A stretch of DNA of 64,000 nucleotides from IMG/VR virus record IMGVR_UViG_3300027759_000051; one strand, given 5' to 3'. The notes under the pieces were generated by a model that made no database searches, had not been told where the DNA came from, and worked only from the letters and a program-made list of their open reading frames with translations. Origin of the DNA: a virus. The position numbers and the translations under genes are program-made. Shown in pieces: positions 46,869-57,732 of this stretch (position 1 is the first letter of the stretch; the number at the start of each line of letters is the position of its first letter).

Positions 46869-46884
46869 GATTATATTGTAGTTC

Positions 46885-47196
46885 CTATTTTGGTAGACGT
46901 TTCCCACATTTAGTGCAAATAGTCGCCCAAGGGTAGAACTTAGTCATGTTCACTGGATGATCGCATTCGAGGAGTGATCTAGCAGCGGCATCAAGGGTGT
47001 CTCTTATCCATGAAGAAAGTGTTTCTCCTGATATCTCAGAAGCCTTTTTCCAGTAATCCCTTTGCTTATCTGTTGTTCTTATAAGAACCTGCTTGTCAGC
47101 AGTTCCGCCGTCTTCGTTGATTATTGGACTAACCCCAAGGTCTTTTGATTCCATTACCTTGTCTATGGCTGCTCTTATGTTGTTGTCTTTACTCAT
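46885..47196 (-). CDS. Ribbon-helix-helix-like protein with Zn ribbon
   Basis: 'QVLIR.......WK.A....G.TLS.WIR..L'; C.H...C..CG. Confidence 0.6.
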   Translation of the reverse strand: MSKDNNIRAAIDKVMESKDLGVSPIINEDGGTADKQVLIRTTDKQRDYWKKASEISGETLSSWIRDTLDAAARSLLECDHPVNMTKFYPWATICTKCGKRLPK

Positions 47197-47806
47197 CTGC
47201 TTCTCCAACTATCTCTGCATCAACTATTGAATCATCACCAAGCATTCTCTTGACCTGCTCGGGGGGTAGAACTCCAGATATCCCCATTAGTTCAAGAAGT
47301 TGTCTTGCCTCTGTCTCTGGATTAAATGCATCAACTGCAGGTATGTCGCTTATTGACCCAGCAAGCGTGGCCTTTATCGGTTCCGAGTTTCTGGACTGAA
47401 CATCCATCTGGACACTGACGTTGACCTGATCCATTCCTAGCAGCTTTGTTCTTCTATCCATGATTGACAGAACTTGCTGGATGGCTTTCAGGTCTGGTTC
47501 TATTTGTACTTCTGTACCATCGTCCATTACCTGTCTGCGGTGTTGCGTGAGTGGCCATATTGCCTGCTGAAGACTATCTAAGCGTTCCAACTCAAGACGA
47601 AGTACTTCTGGGTAGGCAAGAAGAACTTCTCTGTTCATTTTTTCAAGCTGACGCTGTATGGATTTTGATACGGCTGCTGTTGTTATTCCGAATCTGCGCG
47701 CTATCTCGCTTGTAGATGTACCCGCTTGGCGCATCTTGAATATGCGCATATCACGTTCTGATAAAAATTCTTTCGTAACAATTTTGTTTGATTTTTCGTC
47801 AGCCAT
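47189..47806 (-). CDS. HTH protein (possible terminase small subunit-like)
   Basis: N-terminal HTH; 'LELERLD.L...W...D.KAI..VL.IMDRR.KLLG.D'. Confidence 0.6.
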   Translation of the reverse strand: MADEKSNKIVTKEFLSERDMRIFKMRQAGTSTSEIARRFGITTAAVSKSIQRQLEKMNREVLLAYPEVLRLELERLDSLQQAIWPLTQHRRQVMDDGTEVQIEPDLKAIQQVLSIMDRRTKLLGMDQVNVSVQMDVQSRNSEPIKATLAGSISDIPAVDAFNPETEARQLLELMGISGVLPPEQVKRMLGDDSIVDAEIVGEADE

Positions 47807-47833
47807 TACACACCTAAGACAACTGTAGCCGAA

Positions 47834-49561
47834 CTATGTACTAACTTTAGCGAACTCCAGTACGTGGAATGGGAACATCTTTCCTCTAGTTATTTTTGTG
47901 GGCCATTGCCTCTCGTCTCGGGCTCCACGGAAATGCCTAAGATCATATACATACGGGGTTGGGGCAGTGAAGTCTGGGGTTATGGATATTCCGAATTCTG
48001 GCCACCTAGACCACACTGCTGATCCGAATGGTCGCAGGTCTCTGGTCGTCATACTTGTCCCAAGTGGGGCGTGGTGTTCTAGCCATAGAGCACATCCGTA
48101 GATGGTTCTGATGTAGTCAAGATATTTTGCAACCTCCAACGCAACTGCCTCGGATGTTCTTCCACCTGGGTCAACGAACGACTTATACAACGGCCCCAAC
48201 ACCAGTAGCTCTGGCTTTGCTTCCTCTATTTGTTGCTCCAGAAGCATCCTGTCTTCTTTTTTCAGAAGATCAAGACCTGCTGGCTGTGTATAAAGGTAGT
48301 TTGATGGATTTTTCATTCTTGACCTAGAAACGGCAGCCTCTAGAATTCTTCTTGATGTTCTCCTAATAATTCTTTCTGGGTTTTCTAAGTCAATGGTGAG
48401 CGTTCTTACGGGTTTTATATCCTGAAGTGTGAACGGATGTATCCCACATGATGACAAAATTGCCACTTGCCTAGCAAGCATTGTTTTTCCGACACCTTCG
48501 GCGGCAACAATTATTACTCTTTCTGATCTTTCCAGCAAGCCCGGAATAATCCAGTCGTAGGAATCGTCATCTGATTCTTTTACGAATTCATCCCAAAGGA
48601 CTAGACGACCCGTGTTGACTGGTTGCTCAGAAGATGTTGATTCAAGAATTGAATATGTCTTTGCAATCTTTTGGATTAGTGACATATCATCTCTTGATAG
48701 GAGAAGTGATATTTTTTCCAGAGCCAATTCTTCGGCTGATTTTTCTACTTCTTCTACTGCTTCGGCTTGTGGCTTATCTACGTCACCATCAAACCCGAGT
48801 TCAACCAAATCAGAAAAACGACCACCAGCAACAATGTGGTCAGTAATGTCCTTAGACGTAGGGGAGTGCATCACCATGACGGAACAACCAGCGGCAGAAA
48901 GTTCTTGCGAAACTAGTTTGGCATGGTTTTTTCCAGGTTCATCATTGTCGGCGATTATTGTTATGTACCCACCACGAAGTGTTTCCGTGTGAATGTCAAG
49001 CCATTTGCCAGCACCTCCGGGCATTGTCGTTGCAATTACCCCTTTTTCTGTGAGCGTGTCAGCATCTTTCTCGCCCTCAACTAAAAATACTCTGTCACCA
49101 TTTTTTATTGCTTGAGTAACTAGTGGTAAATTATACAAAACTTTTGGAGTGTCACCAAGCGAGTAGACCCATTCATCTTTCCCGTTTCCCACTGGTTTTC
49201 TTTGTCTAAAAGTCTTTTTACCATCTTGATCTATGTATCTGACTTTTTGGAATAGAAGATTCCATTCTTCGTCAACGTAGTCGTACGCCTTGACGAAAGT
49301 TATATATTCTTTTTTCTTTTCTAACTGCTTTTCTGGCATTAGGTCAGCAACCTTTATTCCAACAGAAGTACATATTGCCCCCACATCACACACCCCCCTG
49401 TGGCAGTGAACTAATGCCCTTCCGTCATTTCCCTCACTAACCACAAGGCTGGGATTCTGATCGTCATTTCTGCATGGGCATCTTGCTTGCCATCCAGTTG
49501 AGGTTTCTTTTACCCCCTCAAGCCTGTCTAATAAATTTTGTACCTGCGGTGAAGTGCTCAT
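47834..49561 (-). CDS. DNA primase-helicase (Zn-binding + TOPRIM + AAA_25/RepA-like)
   Basis: CPC..D..PSL...C; VEGEKD, ADNDEPG; AAEGVGKT; LEHH; GS..W. Confidence 0.9.
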   Translation of the reverse strand: MSTSPQVQNLLDRLEGVKETSTGWQARCPCRNDDQNPSLVVSEGNDGRALVHCHRGVCDVGAICTSVGIKVADLMPEKQLEKKKEYITFVKAYDYVDEEWNLLFQKVRYIDQDGKKTFRQRKPVGNGKDEWVYSLGDTPKVLYNLPLVTQAIKNGDRVFLVEGEKDADTLTEKGVIATTMPGGAGKWLDIHTETLRGGYITIIADNDEPGKNHAKLVSQELSAAGCSVMVMHSPTSKDITDHIVAGGRFSDLVELGFDGDVDKPQAEAVEEVEKSAEELALEKISLLLSRDDMSLIQKIAKTYSILESTSSEQPVNTGRLVLWDEFVKESDDDSYDWIIPGLLERSERVIIVAAEGVGKTMLARQVAILSSCGIHPFTLQDIKPVRTLTIDLENPERIIRRTSRRILEAAVSRSRMKNPSNYLYTQPAGLDLLKKEDRMLLEQQIEEAKPELLVLGPLYKSFVDPGGRTSEAVALEVAKYLDYIRTIYGCALWLEHHAPLGTSMTTRDLRPFGSAVWSRWPEFGISITPDFTAPTPYVYDLRHFRGARDERQWPTKITRGKMFPFHVLEFAKVST

Positions 49562-49908
49562 GAAATATCCGTTTTTGCGTAGTTGTAATTATTGATAATC
49601 ACTCCAGCACTGTACGAAACATTTTTTATATACCCCGATAGGACTATTCCTCTTTTGTTTCTCATATCCGCTCTTTGAGATTCGTTTTTTCCACCCCATG
49701 TTCCAAAAGGTTCATGCCTTAGTGAGTATTCGAGGCAATGTTCCCGAACTTCGCATCCTCCACATACTTGAGCTACGTAGGTGTCATTTGCAATTTTCTG
49801 TTTCTTCTCCGAAGGATTCATTCCGCCTTTTTTTATTGACGGAAACCAAAGCTGAACATCTTTCCCGGCACAAGACCCTCCAACTGGAGCGAAGTCGTAG
49901 TTGCTCAT
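49558..49908 (-). CDS. whiB: WhiB family transcription factor
   Basis: C...WFP...C..C.V...C....L.....GTWGG. Confidence 0.88.
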   Translation of the reverse strand: MSNYDFAPVGGSCAGKDVQLWFPSIKKGGMNPSEKKQKIANDTYVAQVCGGCEVREHCLEYSLRHEPFGTWGGKNESQRADMRNKRGIVLSGYIKNVSYSAGVIINNYNYAKTDIS

Positions 49909-49934
49909 AAATTCCCCTCTACAGATGCATATTT

Positions 49935-50357
49935 TTAATTAGGTTTTGAGATCCTAGCAACATCATGTGAAGAAAGAAATACCACTGCGCTCTTAATTAC
50001 AAATTTTCCGTCAACGTCACGAACTGATATGTCAATCGCATCAATGGGAATACCAAACCTACTGGCAATACCGGATCTAGTTCTTTCTACTGTCATTTCA
50101 AAATCAGTTAAAGACTGTTCTTCTTCTTCTTCTTCAAAAATATGAACAGGAGAAGCGGAAATGGCTTTCATCTCCGATGACTTTTCATCCACGCGAAGGC
50201 ACCATGCACAAGCAAGCGACTCGGTAGAAGATGCTCTTGCTCTTGATTCAACGTGACCACAAGAAAGTTTATGCAAATAACGCACCTGACCCCAAGAGCC
50301 AGTTTTAGTTACTTCAGTTACTTTTCGTCTAGGAGCACGGCGATGCTCTGTGGACAT
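49935..50357 (-). CDS. Hypothetical protein with Zn motif
   Basis: LSCGH...CAWC. Confidence 0.6.
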   Translation of the reverse strand: MSTEHRRAPRRKVTEVTKTGSWGQVRYLHKLSCGHVESRARASSTESLACAWCLRVDEKSSEMKAISASPVHIFEEEEEEQSLTDFEMTVERTRSGIASRFGIPIDAIDISVRDVDGKFVIKSAVVFLSSHDVARISKPN

Positions 50358-50363
50358 ATTTTA

Positions 50364-50717
50364 TTACTTGGCTTTAATACCAAGAATACGACGCCAGAAC
50401 TTAATTTTCTTTTGGCCGTTGTTGATTGCTTCACTGAAGATAGTGGTTGCTTCCGAGATCAACTCATCAGCTTTCTGAGTATCAATCACTTCGCTTGCTT
50501 CAGCGACTAAGCGTGAAAGACCAGCGCGATCAATTACATCATCAATGAATGATCCACTAGTGCTTTCTTCTTCAACTTTAGTTGTTGCTACTTTTTTAGC
50601 TGGTGCAGTCTTTTTTGCTGCAGCTTTTTTTACAGGTGCTTTTTTAGCAACTGTTTTTTTAGCAACTTCTTTTTTTGTAGTTGATTTTTTAACTGGTGTT
50701 TTTTTGTTATTTGACAT
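50364..50717 (-). CDS. Histone H1-like Lys/Ala-rich protein
   Basis: KKAPVKKAAAKKTAPAKK repeats; start reset. Confidence 0.6.
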   Translation of the reverse strand: MSNNKKTPVKKSTTKKEVAKKTVAKKAPVKKAAAKKTAPAKKVATTKVEEESTSGSFIDDVIDRAGLSRLVAEASEVIDTQKADELISEATTIFSEAINNGQKKIKFWRRILGIKAK

Positions 50718-50801
50718 GACAGTAATACTAGTCACAAATGTTTCCCTCATGGCGGAATTGCACCTCCCCTAGAAAAATTTAAAACAGTTTAGGCTCTTAG
50801 T

Positions 50802-51440
50802 ATGGAGGACAGTTACGCCGACAATTTCAGTAAACTCGCACTAGCTGCCACATCTGCGCAGCTAGCCAAAACTGTCTGCGTTCAAGAATACGGGGTCGGC
50901 GAAGATCTAACCTTTAATTTCATGGGGTGGAATGGTGATGAACTCATCATTGTTTGCCAAATGAAAAAAGAAATGATGCGAATGCACCCAAATGATAGGT
51001 TGGAGCGCTGTTCTTCCCTACTTACCGCACTCCGCAGGTACTGGTACATTACCGCTGTAACTATGGTTGCCGAAGGGTATTGCTCTCTTGACCCAGAAAA
51101 GACAAAGGGTGTTGAGTTAGCCAAAGATTTTGCAAAACAGGATTCAGCAGTTGAGGAGTGCATAACGCTAACTCATGCAGAAATAATTGATAACACTATA
51201 ATTAATGTTAATTTAATTGCTTTACCATATGTTTACGAAATTGGAAGAAACATAACTTGGCTAGAACTGCTCACTTGGCCGACGAAGGCTGAAAAGATAC
51301 TAAGAAATTCAGAATATCCAAAAATGCTAGAAAACTGCCTTAGGGGTGGCGTTGCTATGGATGATATTCCCATAGAGGCATACGACGAACTTCGTAGCAC
51401 AATAAATCAAAATGGATTCTATATACAGGAACTATTTTAG
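50802..51440 (+). CDS. Hypothetical protein
   Basis: Leaderless TAGGCT-N6-ATG; 212 aa. Confidence 0.7.
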   Translation: MEDSYADNFSKLALAATSAQLAKTVCVQEYGVGEDLTFNFMGWNGDELIIVCQMKKEMMRMHPNDRLERCSSLLTALRRYWYITAVTMVAEGYCSLDPEKTKGVELAKDFAKQDSAVEECITLTHAEIIDNTIINVNLIALPYVYEIGRNITWLELLTWPTKAEKILRNSEYPKMLENCLRGGVAMDDIPIEAYDELRSTINQNGFYIQELF

Positions 51441-51452
51441 TACAATCTACTT

Positions 51453-51797
51453 ATGGACAGGCCATTCTACGATTCTCAATATAACAATTCAGAATCTTCA
51501 CGTAGGCTCTTTGATGACACCACAATAAGCGGAGCAAATAGGGAACCATGCATTGTCTGTGGACACCCAACCGGCGACTGTCACGGAGAGTCTGCCCCAC
51601 TAAAGGGAATAGCTGGCTTCGGTATTACTGAATCGCTTAAGCAAGTGCAAACTTTTTATGTTGAAGAAGATATTTATGAAGAAAAACAAATAACTCCGTT
51701 CACGAAAATAAAAGTGCTTGTCCATCGAGCAGGAAAGCACATTCCGTACTTAGAAGCAGAAAAACTTGGGTTAATTGTTGACAAAAATGGTAAATAA
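51453..51797 (+). CDS. Hypothetical protein
   Basis: Leaderless TACAAT-N6-ATG; CxxCGHPTGDC. Confidence 0.7.
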   Translation: MDRPFYDSQYNNSESSRRLFDDTTISGANREPCIVCGHPTGDCHGESAPLKGIAGFGITESLKQVQTFYVEEDIYEEKQITPFTKIKVLVHRAGKHIPYLEAEKLGLIVDKNGK

Positions 51798-51917
51798 AAA
51801 ACACAGAAGTGCATATTTGTTAACGGCAAAAATTTAACACAACTTTAGACTCTTTCAGTATTTTGTGGTACGTTAAACTCTTACTTCCAAGTCAATCACA
51901 ACACACCTAGGAAAATC

Positions 51918-53840
51918 ATGAAAATTCTTGAACAATCATTTGTAGATTCGTATTCCCAAAAAGTAGCCCCATGGGGTTTTAGTGGCTTGGGTGAAATCGT
52001 TTTCTTGCGTACGTACAGTCGCAAAAAAGACAACGGTGACACTGAAACATGGCCCGAAACAATTCAGCGTGTTATTGATGGCGCTTACGCTATTGGTGTT
52101 CCGTACACCAAGAAAGAAGCGGAAAAATTGTTTGACCACGTATTTAATCTTCGCTGTTCTTTTAGCGGAAGAGCGCTATGGCAACTCGGCACGCCAATGG
52201 TTGAAAAGTTTGGCGGAGCATCTCTCAATAACTGCTACTTCACCAACATTGAAAAAGTTGAAGACTTTGAGTTCCTGTTTGAGTACTTAATGCTTGGTGG
52301 TGGAGTTGGATTTTCTGTTGAGCGCTCAAAGATCCATGATCTGCCAAAGGTAAGGGGATCTGTTGTTATCTCGCATGAGCGCAGCAATGACGCAGACATA
52401 ATCGTCCCAGACAGTCGTGGCGGTTGGAAGCGTCTTCTTCATAGCGTTCTCAAGTCCTACTTTGAGACTGGCAAGTCGTTTACCTACTCAACAATTCTCG
52501 TCAGAGAATACGGTGCTCCGCTTAAGGGATTTGGTGGGACAGCATCGGGGCCAGGGGCACTAATTGACGGAATTGCCGATATCTGCAAAGTGCTAGATGG
52601 AAGAGTTGGAAAGAAACTCCGCTCTATTGATGTGCTCGATATTTGTAATATCATTGGACGAATTGTTGTTTCTGGTTCATCTCGTAGGTCTGCTCAGATC
52701 TCAATGGGAGATCCTGACGACGTGCTGTTTCTGCGTGCAAAAAACTGGTCATCTGGATCAGTGCCTGCTTGGCGTGCTAACAGCAATAACTCAATATATG
52801 CAGATGGGTACGAAGAACTCCCAGCAGAGCTCTGGAAGGGATATGACGGCTCTGGAGAGCCTTATGGACTCATCAACCGCAAGCTTGCACGCAATGTTGG
52901 TCGTTTAGGAGAGAAGCGATCAGATCCGAGCATTGAGGGATTTAACCCATGTGCAGAAATTGGTCTTGCAGATGGCGAATCGTGCAACTTGGCAACAATA
53001 TTCCTGCCAAATATTGACACAATTGAGCAGTTCAAAGAAGTCTCACGCCTCTTGTACATGACCCAGAAGCAAATAACCCGCCTTGCGTACCCATATGAGA
53101 AAACAACCAATATTGTTCGCCAAAATGCTCGCCTAGGGCAGAGCATTACGGGCATATTGCAGTCCTCAAGCAAGCAACTCTCATGGTTGTCACCTGTTTA
53201 CTCGTATCTTCGTGAAATTGATAAAGAGTATTCAGCGAAAAATGGATTCCCAGAGTCAATTCGCATGACTACAGTGCAGCCTTCGGGAACATTATCCCTT
53301 CTCCCTGGAGTAACGCCCGGCGTTCACCCAGCATACGCTTCGCACTACATTCGGCGTGTTCGGTTTGGCTCAAATGACCCATTGGTTGACGCATGTCGTA
53401 AGCGTGGATACAAAGTTGTTTGGGATATAGGCATTGATGGACGCGAAGATCACACACGTTATGTTGTTGAGTTCCCATGCCAGTCACCTGAAGGTTCAAT
53501 TCTTGCCAAGGACATGACTGCCGTTGAGCAACTTGAGTGGGTAAAGAAAATGCAAACAGAATGGGCCGACAATGCCGTCTCTGTGACTGTGTATTACCGC
53601 AAGGAAGAACTTCCATTAATCAAGGAATGGCTAGAGAAGAATTACGACAAGAGCGTAAAGTCTGTTTCATTCCTGCTCCATTCTGACCACAACTTCTCGC
53701 TACCTCCATACGAGGAAATCACAAAAGAAGTGTATGAAAAACTCTCCAGCAAGGTGGATATGAGCATCCCATTGGTGCGGAGTTCTTTTGGAATGGTTGA
53801 CTTTGGGGATTGCGAAGGCGGAGCCTGTCCAGTACGTTAG
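51918..53840 (+). CDS. nrdJ: Class II (B12-dependent) monomeric ribonucleotide reductase
   Basis: RTYSR, GR.LW..G, NNC, NPCAEI, CNL, TVQPSGT, C-terminal CEGGACPVR; no NrdB partner nearby. Confidence 0.93.
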   Translation: MKILEQSFVDSYSQKVAPWGFSGLGEIVFLRTYSRKKDNGDTETWPETIQRVIDGAYAIGVPYTKKEAEKLFDHVFNLRCSFSGRALWQLGTPMVEKFGGASLNNCYFTNIEKVEDFEFLFEYLMLGGGVGFSVERSKIHDLPKVRGSVVISHERSNDADIIVPDSRGGWKRLLHSVLKSYFETGKSFTYSTILVREYGAPLKGFGGTASGPGALIDGIADICKVLDGRVGKKLRSIDVLDICNIIGRIVVSGSSRRSAQISMGDPDDVLFLRAKNWSSGSVPAWRANSNNSIYADGYEELPAELWKGYDGSGEPYGLINRKLARNVGRLGEKRSDPSIEGFNPCAEIGLADGESCNLATIFLPNIDTIEQFKEVSRLLYMTQKQITRLAYPYEKTTNIVRQNARLGQSITGILQSSSKQLSWLSPVYSYLREIDKEYSAKNGFPESIRMTTVQPSGTLSLLPGVTPGVHPAYASHYIRRVRFGSNDPLVDACRKRGYKVVWDIGIDGREDHTRYVVEFPCQSPEGSILAKDMTAVEQLEWVKKMQTEWADNAVSVTVYYRKEELPLIKEWLEKNYDKSVKSVSFLLHSDHNFSLPPYEEITKEVYEKLSSKVDMSIPLVRSSFGMVDFGDCEGGACPVR

Positions 53841-53849
53841 TAATGGTTA

Positions 53850-53922
53850 GCTCCCATGGCTCAGCGGATAGAGCAACAGTTTCCTAAACTGTAGGTCGCA
53901 TGTTCAAATCATGCTGGGAGCG
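53850..53922 (+). tRNA. tRNA-Arg (CCT)
   Basis: Canonical cloverleaf; ACAGT-TTCCTAA-ACTGT. Confidence 0.95.
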
Positions 53923-53926
53923 CAAT

Positions 53927-54394
53927 ATGGAAAACGCACACCCACACGAAGTTAAATGGTTGAAAGCGTGTTCTACGCTGGCAGAAATATTTTCAACTTG
54001 TTCAAAAAGGCAATACGCAGCAGTTATTCTGGCGCCAAATAAACGAGTGGCTGGATTTGGATATAACGGCTCACCTCCCGGAATGGCTCACTGTTCTGAC
54101 GGCGCATGCCCAAGGCTCCAAGCAGATTCGGACTCTGGCAGCAATTACGATACCTGCATATCTCAGCACGCTGAAGCAGGGGCGCTACTTTGGTCTGATC
54201 CATCAATGCGTATTGGCGGAACCATAATAGTAAATGGCCCACCATGTATGGGGTGTGCGAAACTTATTGCAAGTTCTGGATTATCTAGGGTTGTGCACAG
54301 AGAAGACACAAGTTACTCTCAATGGCCCGACATTGGTAAATATCTAAATAGTGCAGGTATCGTAACGGTAGGCGTTAATTTAACTCAAGAGTAA
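53927..54394 (+). CDS. dCMP deaminase
   Basis: GYNG, HAE, PCxxC; start reset past the tRNA. Confidence 0.9.
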   Translation: MENAHPHEVKWLKACSTLAEIFSTCSKRQYAAVILAPNKRVAGFGYNGSPPGMAHCSDGACPRLQADSDSGSNYDTCISQHAEAGALLWSDPSMRIGGTIIVNGPPCMGCAKLIASSGLSRVVHREDTSYSQWPDIGKYLNSAGIVTVGVNLTQE

Positions 54395-54403
54395 AAGGGC
54401 ATA

Positions 54404-54946
54404 ATGGCTGAAAAATATAGTGCTTACTATTTTAACGATAAAGAAAAGGGAACTGCGTTCTTTACCGCTCAACTCGAACAGGGTCATAAATGGACAAATC
54501 ACATTGCGGGAATATTCCAAGAAAATAACATTGAATGCTACGTTGATAAGATGCATGTCGCCAAGACTGTTGACGAAAGAAAAAAGTTCCACAATGAAAA
54601 AGATATTGTTTTTACAAAAATGCCCGGCTGCATAGAGACCAAATCCCAAAGCAGGCACTTTACCGAAGACCCAAAGAGTTTCCCATTTAAAAAAACAATA
54701 GTTGACACGGAACTTGGGTGGTCTAGAAAGAACCCCAAGCCGTTAGCGGTAGTTCTTGTATCAATACAGACTGGAAATTCATTAGTCATACCAAGAAGCA
54801 CTGAAGGCTCGTGGTGGACAGAGAAAATCTACGACAATTTCAGGAAAATAAACGACACGTTTTTGTGTGCTGACATAAAAGTGCTTAGACCACTTGACGA
54901 GTTAATTGAGTTTTTGCAAAAAAGGCAACACAAATACTGCAAGTAG
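54404..54946 (+). CDS. Putative PD-(D/E)XK nuclease
   Basis: 'KDI.......IETK' motif. Confidence 0.5.
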   Translation: MAEKYSAYYFNDKEKGTAFFTAQLEQGHKWTNHIAGIFQENNIECYVDKMHVAKTVDERKKFHNEKDIVFTKMPGCIETKSQSRHFTEDPKSFPFKKTIVDTELGWSRKNPKPLAVVLVSIQTGNSLVIPRSTEGSWWTEKIYDNFRKINDTFLCADIKVLRPLDELIEFLQKRQHKYCK

Positions 54947-54963
54947 TTAGGTAAGATAGGTAC

Positions 54964-55179
54964 ATGAAGCACATAATACACGTACATCAGCAGAACATAA
55001 AAAAGGGAATATCTGCGATTATTGATAGAACATATAAGGGGTCTAAACATCAAAGGAAACTTAGTATTGTTTGCCCCAACTGCAACAGTATTGCCGCAAC
55101 AGTAGTTCAGTCAGATGAGCCAGACAGATGTGGCGCTAGAGTATGGATAGAAGCAGAAAAGACTGGAATAGCGGAATGA
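54964..55179 (+). CDS. Hypothetical protein
   Basis: 'IIHV.Q..I....CGARVWIE' recurrent phage motif; leaderless. Confidence 0.65.
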   Translation: MKHIIHVHQQNIKKGISAIIDRTYKGSKHQRKLSIVCPNCNSIAATVVQSDEPDRCGARVWIEAEKTGIAE

Positions 55180-55277
55180 GATACTACATTTGATGGTCAA
55201 TAGGAATTTTAAATCTTGCAGTAACTATCTATCTGCATAAGCTAAACAAAAAAAGATAGTTTCATAAAGAACAAAAT

Positions 55278-55350
55278 GCCCTCGTAGCTCAGGGGATAGA
55301 GCAACGGACTTCTAATCCGCAGGTCGTACGTTCAAATCGTACCGAGGGCG
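55278..55350 (+). tRNA. tRNA-Arg (TCT)
   Basis: Canonical cloverleaf; loop CTTCTAA. Confidence 0.95.
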
Positions 55351-55817
55351 CAATTAATGTAAATGGAGAGTTCCAGCATGGCACCATACAGTTATGGAAG
55401 ATTAATAATACTTAGATGCTGTAGAGACTGGCCGTGTCACGAAGCGTACGCTTACGGCAGAGGTGGAAGATGTGCTATTTGCAGGAACTTTCCGGTAGTC
55501 ATTGAAGAAGACTACGTTACTCCCACATCTCCTTGTGTAGATTAATCAATTCTCTAGACCCAGATGATCTTACGTAAAAAGCGATGACTGCTAGTAATGG
55601 GAGAATGATGAACAATATTGCTTTTTTCATTTCTTTTCCAGGTTCATCATTTCAGCAGTAACAGCACCATCGTGCCAATGGTTTATTGAGTGCTCAATAC
55701 TGTCAAATTGATTCTTGGTTTTTATATCTGGCGGGAATTTATTTATTTTCTCTGGGTCATAAATATATTCTTCTGGATTCTCGTTATCTAAAAACATATT
55801 TTTTTCATTCATTTTAT

Positions 55818-56438
55818 TTAAGTATCCTTATTTTTTTTACTTACCCATTCAAAAAAATTAAATAATTGTATTTCATTTAGATCCGCAATAGATTTTTCGT
55901 ATTCACCAGAGTCCATTTTCCCAGAACGGTAACCGCCGCCGCGTTTTTTATATTCTCTAACTAGCCATGCGTTTGCGTAAGCGGATGGGTAAACATCAAA
56001 TTTTGCTTTAGCTTCTGCTTTTACTCGAGCGTACAGTTCTGGGTTTGTTGGAATTGCTGCTTTTTCTTCTACTGGCGTAAATCTTGCATCTTTTTTTTCC
56101 GTTGACACGTTAATTGGTTTTTTGTCTTTTCTAACCTGTGTTGACTCTGCTCGTCTTTTTCTTGAAACTGCAGACCTTATTTCATCTGCTGACATTGTTC
56201 TTGCTTTTGACAGAGGAACGCATTTTGGATACTTTCCACTCCCTGCTTCGTCTCTTCCGCATGGCTCAAAACCACCACCTGGTTTTGGTCGTGATATATC
56301 AACCCATTTTTCTTTAAACCATTGCTTTAGAGATTTTTCCTCATAAGAGAAATCAAGATCTTCATGAGATTCTTTTTTTTCTTCAAAACGAAAACCTAAA
56401 ATTTTTCCTTCGTAGTTTCCCCACGTGACTTCATTCAT
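55818..56438 (-). CDS. Head-region protein (DUF5872-like modules)
   Basis: 'LKQWFKEKWVDI...YPKCVP' and 'KFDVYPSAYANAWLVREYKKRGG'. Confidence 0.7.
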   Translation of the reverse strand: MNEVTWGNYEGKILGFRFEEKKESHEDLDFSYEEKSLKQWFKEKWVDISRPKPGGGFEPCGRDEAGSGKYPKCVPLSKARTMSADEIRSAVSRKRRAESTQVRKDKKPINVSTEKKDARFTPVEEKAAIPTNPELYARVKAEAKAKFDVYPSAYANAWLVREYKKRGGGYRSGKMDSGEYEKSIADLNEIQLFNFFEWVSKKNKDT

Positions 56439-56839
56439 TTTGTCTTAAATTCTTTCCACGTTTTGTCACCGATTCCAAAGTATTCTCTAGCATAGCCAGA
56501 CTCAATAATGTCTTTATTGAGGCATGCCGTATCTGGCAATTCTATATTGTCGGATGAGTAGATACGAGCAAGCACGCGACCGTACTTATCGTTTTTATCT
56601 GGAATTGTGTTTACGTAAACCCATTTGTGGTTTGTCATCCAGTCCTCAGTGAAACTTTTTGCTTTTAAGCCAAGTTCCTTCTCCGCAAGATCTTTTGTGC
56701 GTGACTCTGGAGTATTCACTCCATAGAGCCTAACTCTTATCTTGTGATGTATGTTAAATCCAAGATCAATCATCAGATCCAAGGTATCGCCATCAATTAC
56801 TTTTAGTACAGTTGCTCCGTACCAAAATCTTTCACTCAT
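56435..56839 (-). CDS. Thermonuclease (SNase-like)
   Basis: 'VIDGDT.D..IDLGF......VRLYG.NTPESRT...DKYGRVL'. Confidence 0.9.
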   Translation of the reverse strand: MSERFWYGATVLKVIDGDTLDLMIDLGFNIHHKIRVRLYGVNTPESRTKDLAEKELGLKAKSFTEDWMTNHKWVYVNTIPDKNDKYGRVLARIYSSDNIELPDTACLNKDIIESGYAREYFGIGDKTWKEFKTK

Positions 56840-57732
56840 TATTTTCTACCAGTATTTTTTGTTTTTTCATATCTAGCAAGGAGAGATCTTCCTTTTTCTG
56901 CAAGCTTTGCAGCTGATTCCATATTTTGTGGAATTGGCTCTCCCCAAGCAGCTGCGGACAGTGCGAGTCTTGTCGGTTGCCCTTTTTCGTCTTTCATTGG
57001 GCCAGATGGATTTGTGAAGAATCTTGTCAAGAAAGAACCTTTACGCCTCATTTTTTCTGGAGTGTCTGCTGGACCCTTTACACCAGGCTTAAGGTTTGCG
57101 CCTTGAGTTCTTTTGAAGTATTTCCTGCCAGCAGCGGTAAGTCCACCCTTTGGATTCTTTAATCTTTGCTTTGCTGCTTTGGCATCTATTATTGCATTCT
57201 TATCGTTAATTGCTTTTGATGATAAAAAATAATATTCATTATGTTTTGGCAAGTATTCTTTATCTAGCGACTTTACTTCAGTTTTGCGATCTTCGGTTAT
57301 CGGTCCACCAACAACCCACGCATCGCAGGTTCTTGATGCAGCGCATTTAAAATCAAATGCTTCGCAGTATCCGAGTTCTGCCTTGTCAATAGCATCCCAT
57401 GCATTACTTTTGCTACTATCTCCAGATTCAAGCCCCTTCTCAATGCATTCAAGAATACTTGGTGTGCGTATAAACATTACACAGTTTCCACAAAGTGACT
57501 TTTTTGCCTCATCTTCGCTGACGTCCCAGCGATCCATCTTTTCTTTCCAGAAGTCCTTATTCTCTTCTTCTGGATTCAATGGACCGTACTTTGCGGTCTT
57601 GATTGACTTTTCCCTATTCTGGAGGTTTACGCCAATGTCCTTGGTGGCGATTGGGCATTTTTCATCGGCTTTTACCAGTATGTCTTCAATTCTTTTCAGT
57701 TCTTCATACAGGTTTTCTATTTGATTTTCCAT
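56839..57732 (-). CDS. Head-region protein, Cys-rich domain + DUF6321-like domain
   Basis: 'CGNC..F...GYC..FDFKC...RTC.AW' and 'GGLTAAGR...NLK.GV...R..SF'. Confidence 0.65.
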   Translation of the reverse strand: MENQIENLYEELKRIEDILVKADEKCPIATKDIGVNLQNREKSIKTAKYGPLNPEEENKDFWKEKMDRWDVSEDEAKKSLCGNCVMFIRTPSILECIEKGLESGDSSKSNAWDAIDKAELGYCEAFDFKCAASRTCDAWVVGGPITEDRKTEVKSLDKEYLPKHNEYYFLSSKAINDKNAIIDAKAAKQRLKNPKGGLTAAGRKYFKRTQGANLKPGVKGPADTPEKMRRKGSFLTRFFTNPSGPMKDEKGQPTRLALSAAAWGEPIPQNMESAAKLAEKGRSLLARYEKTKNTGRK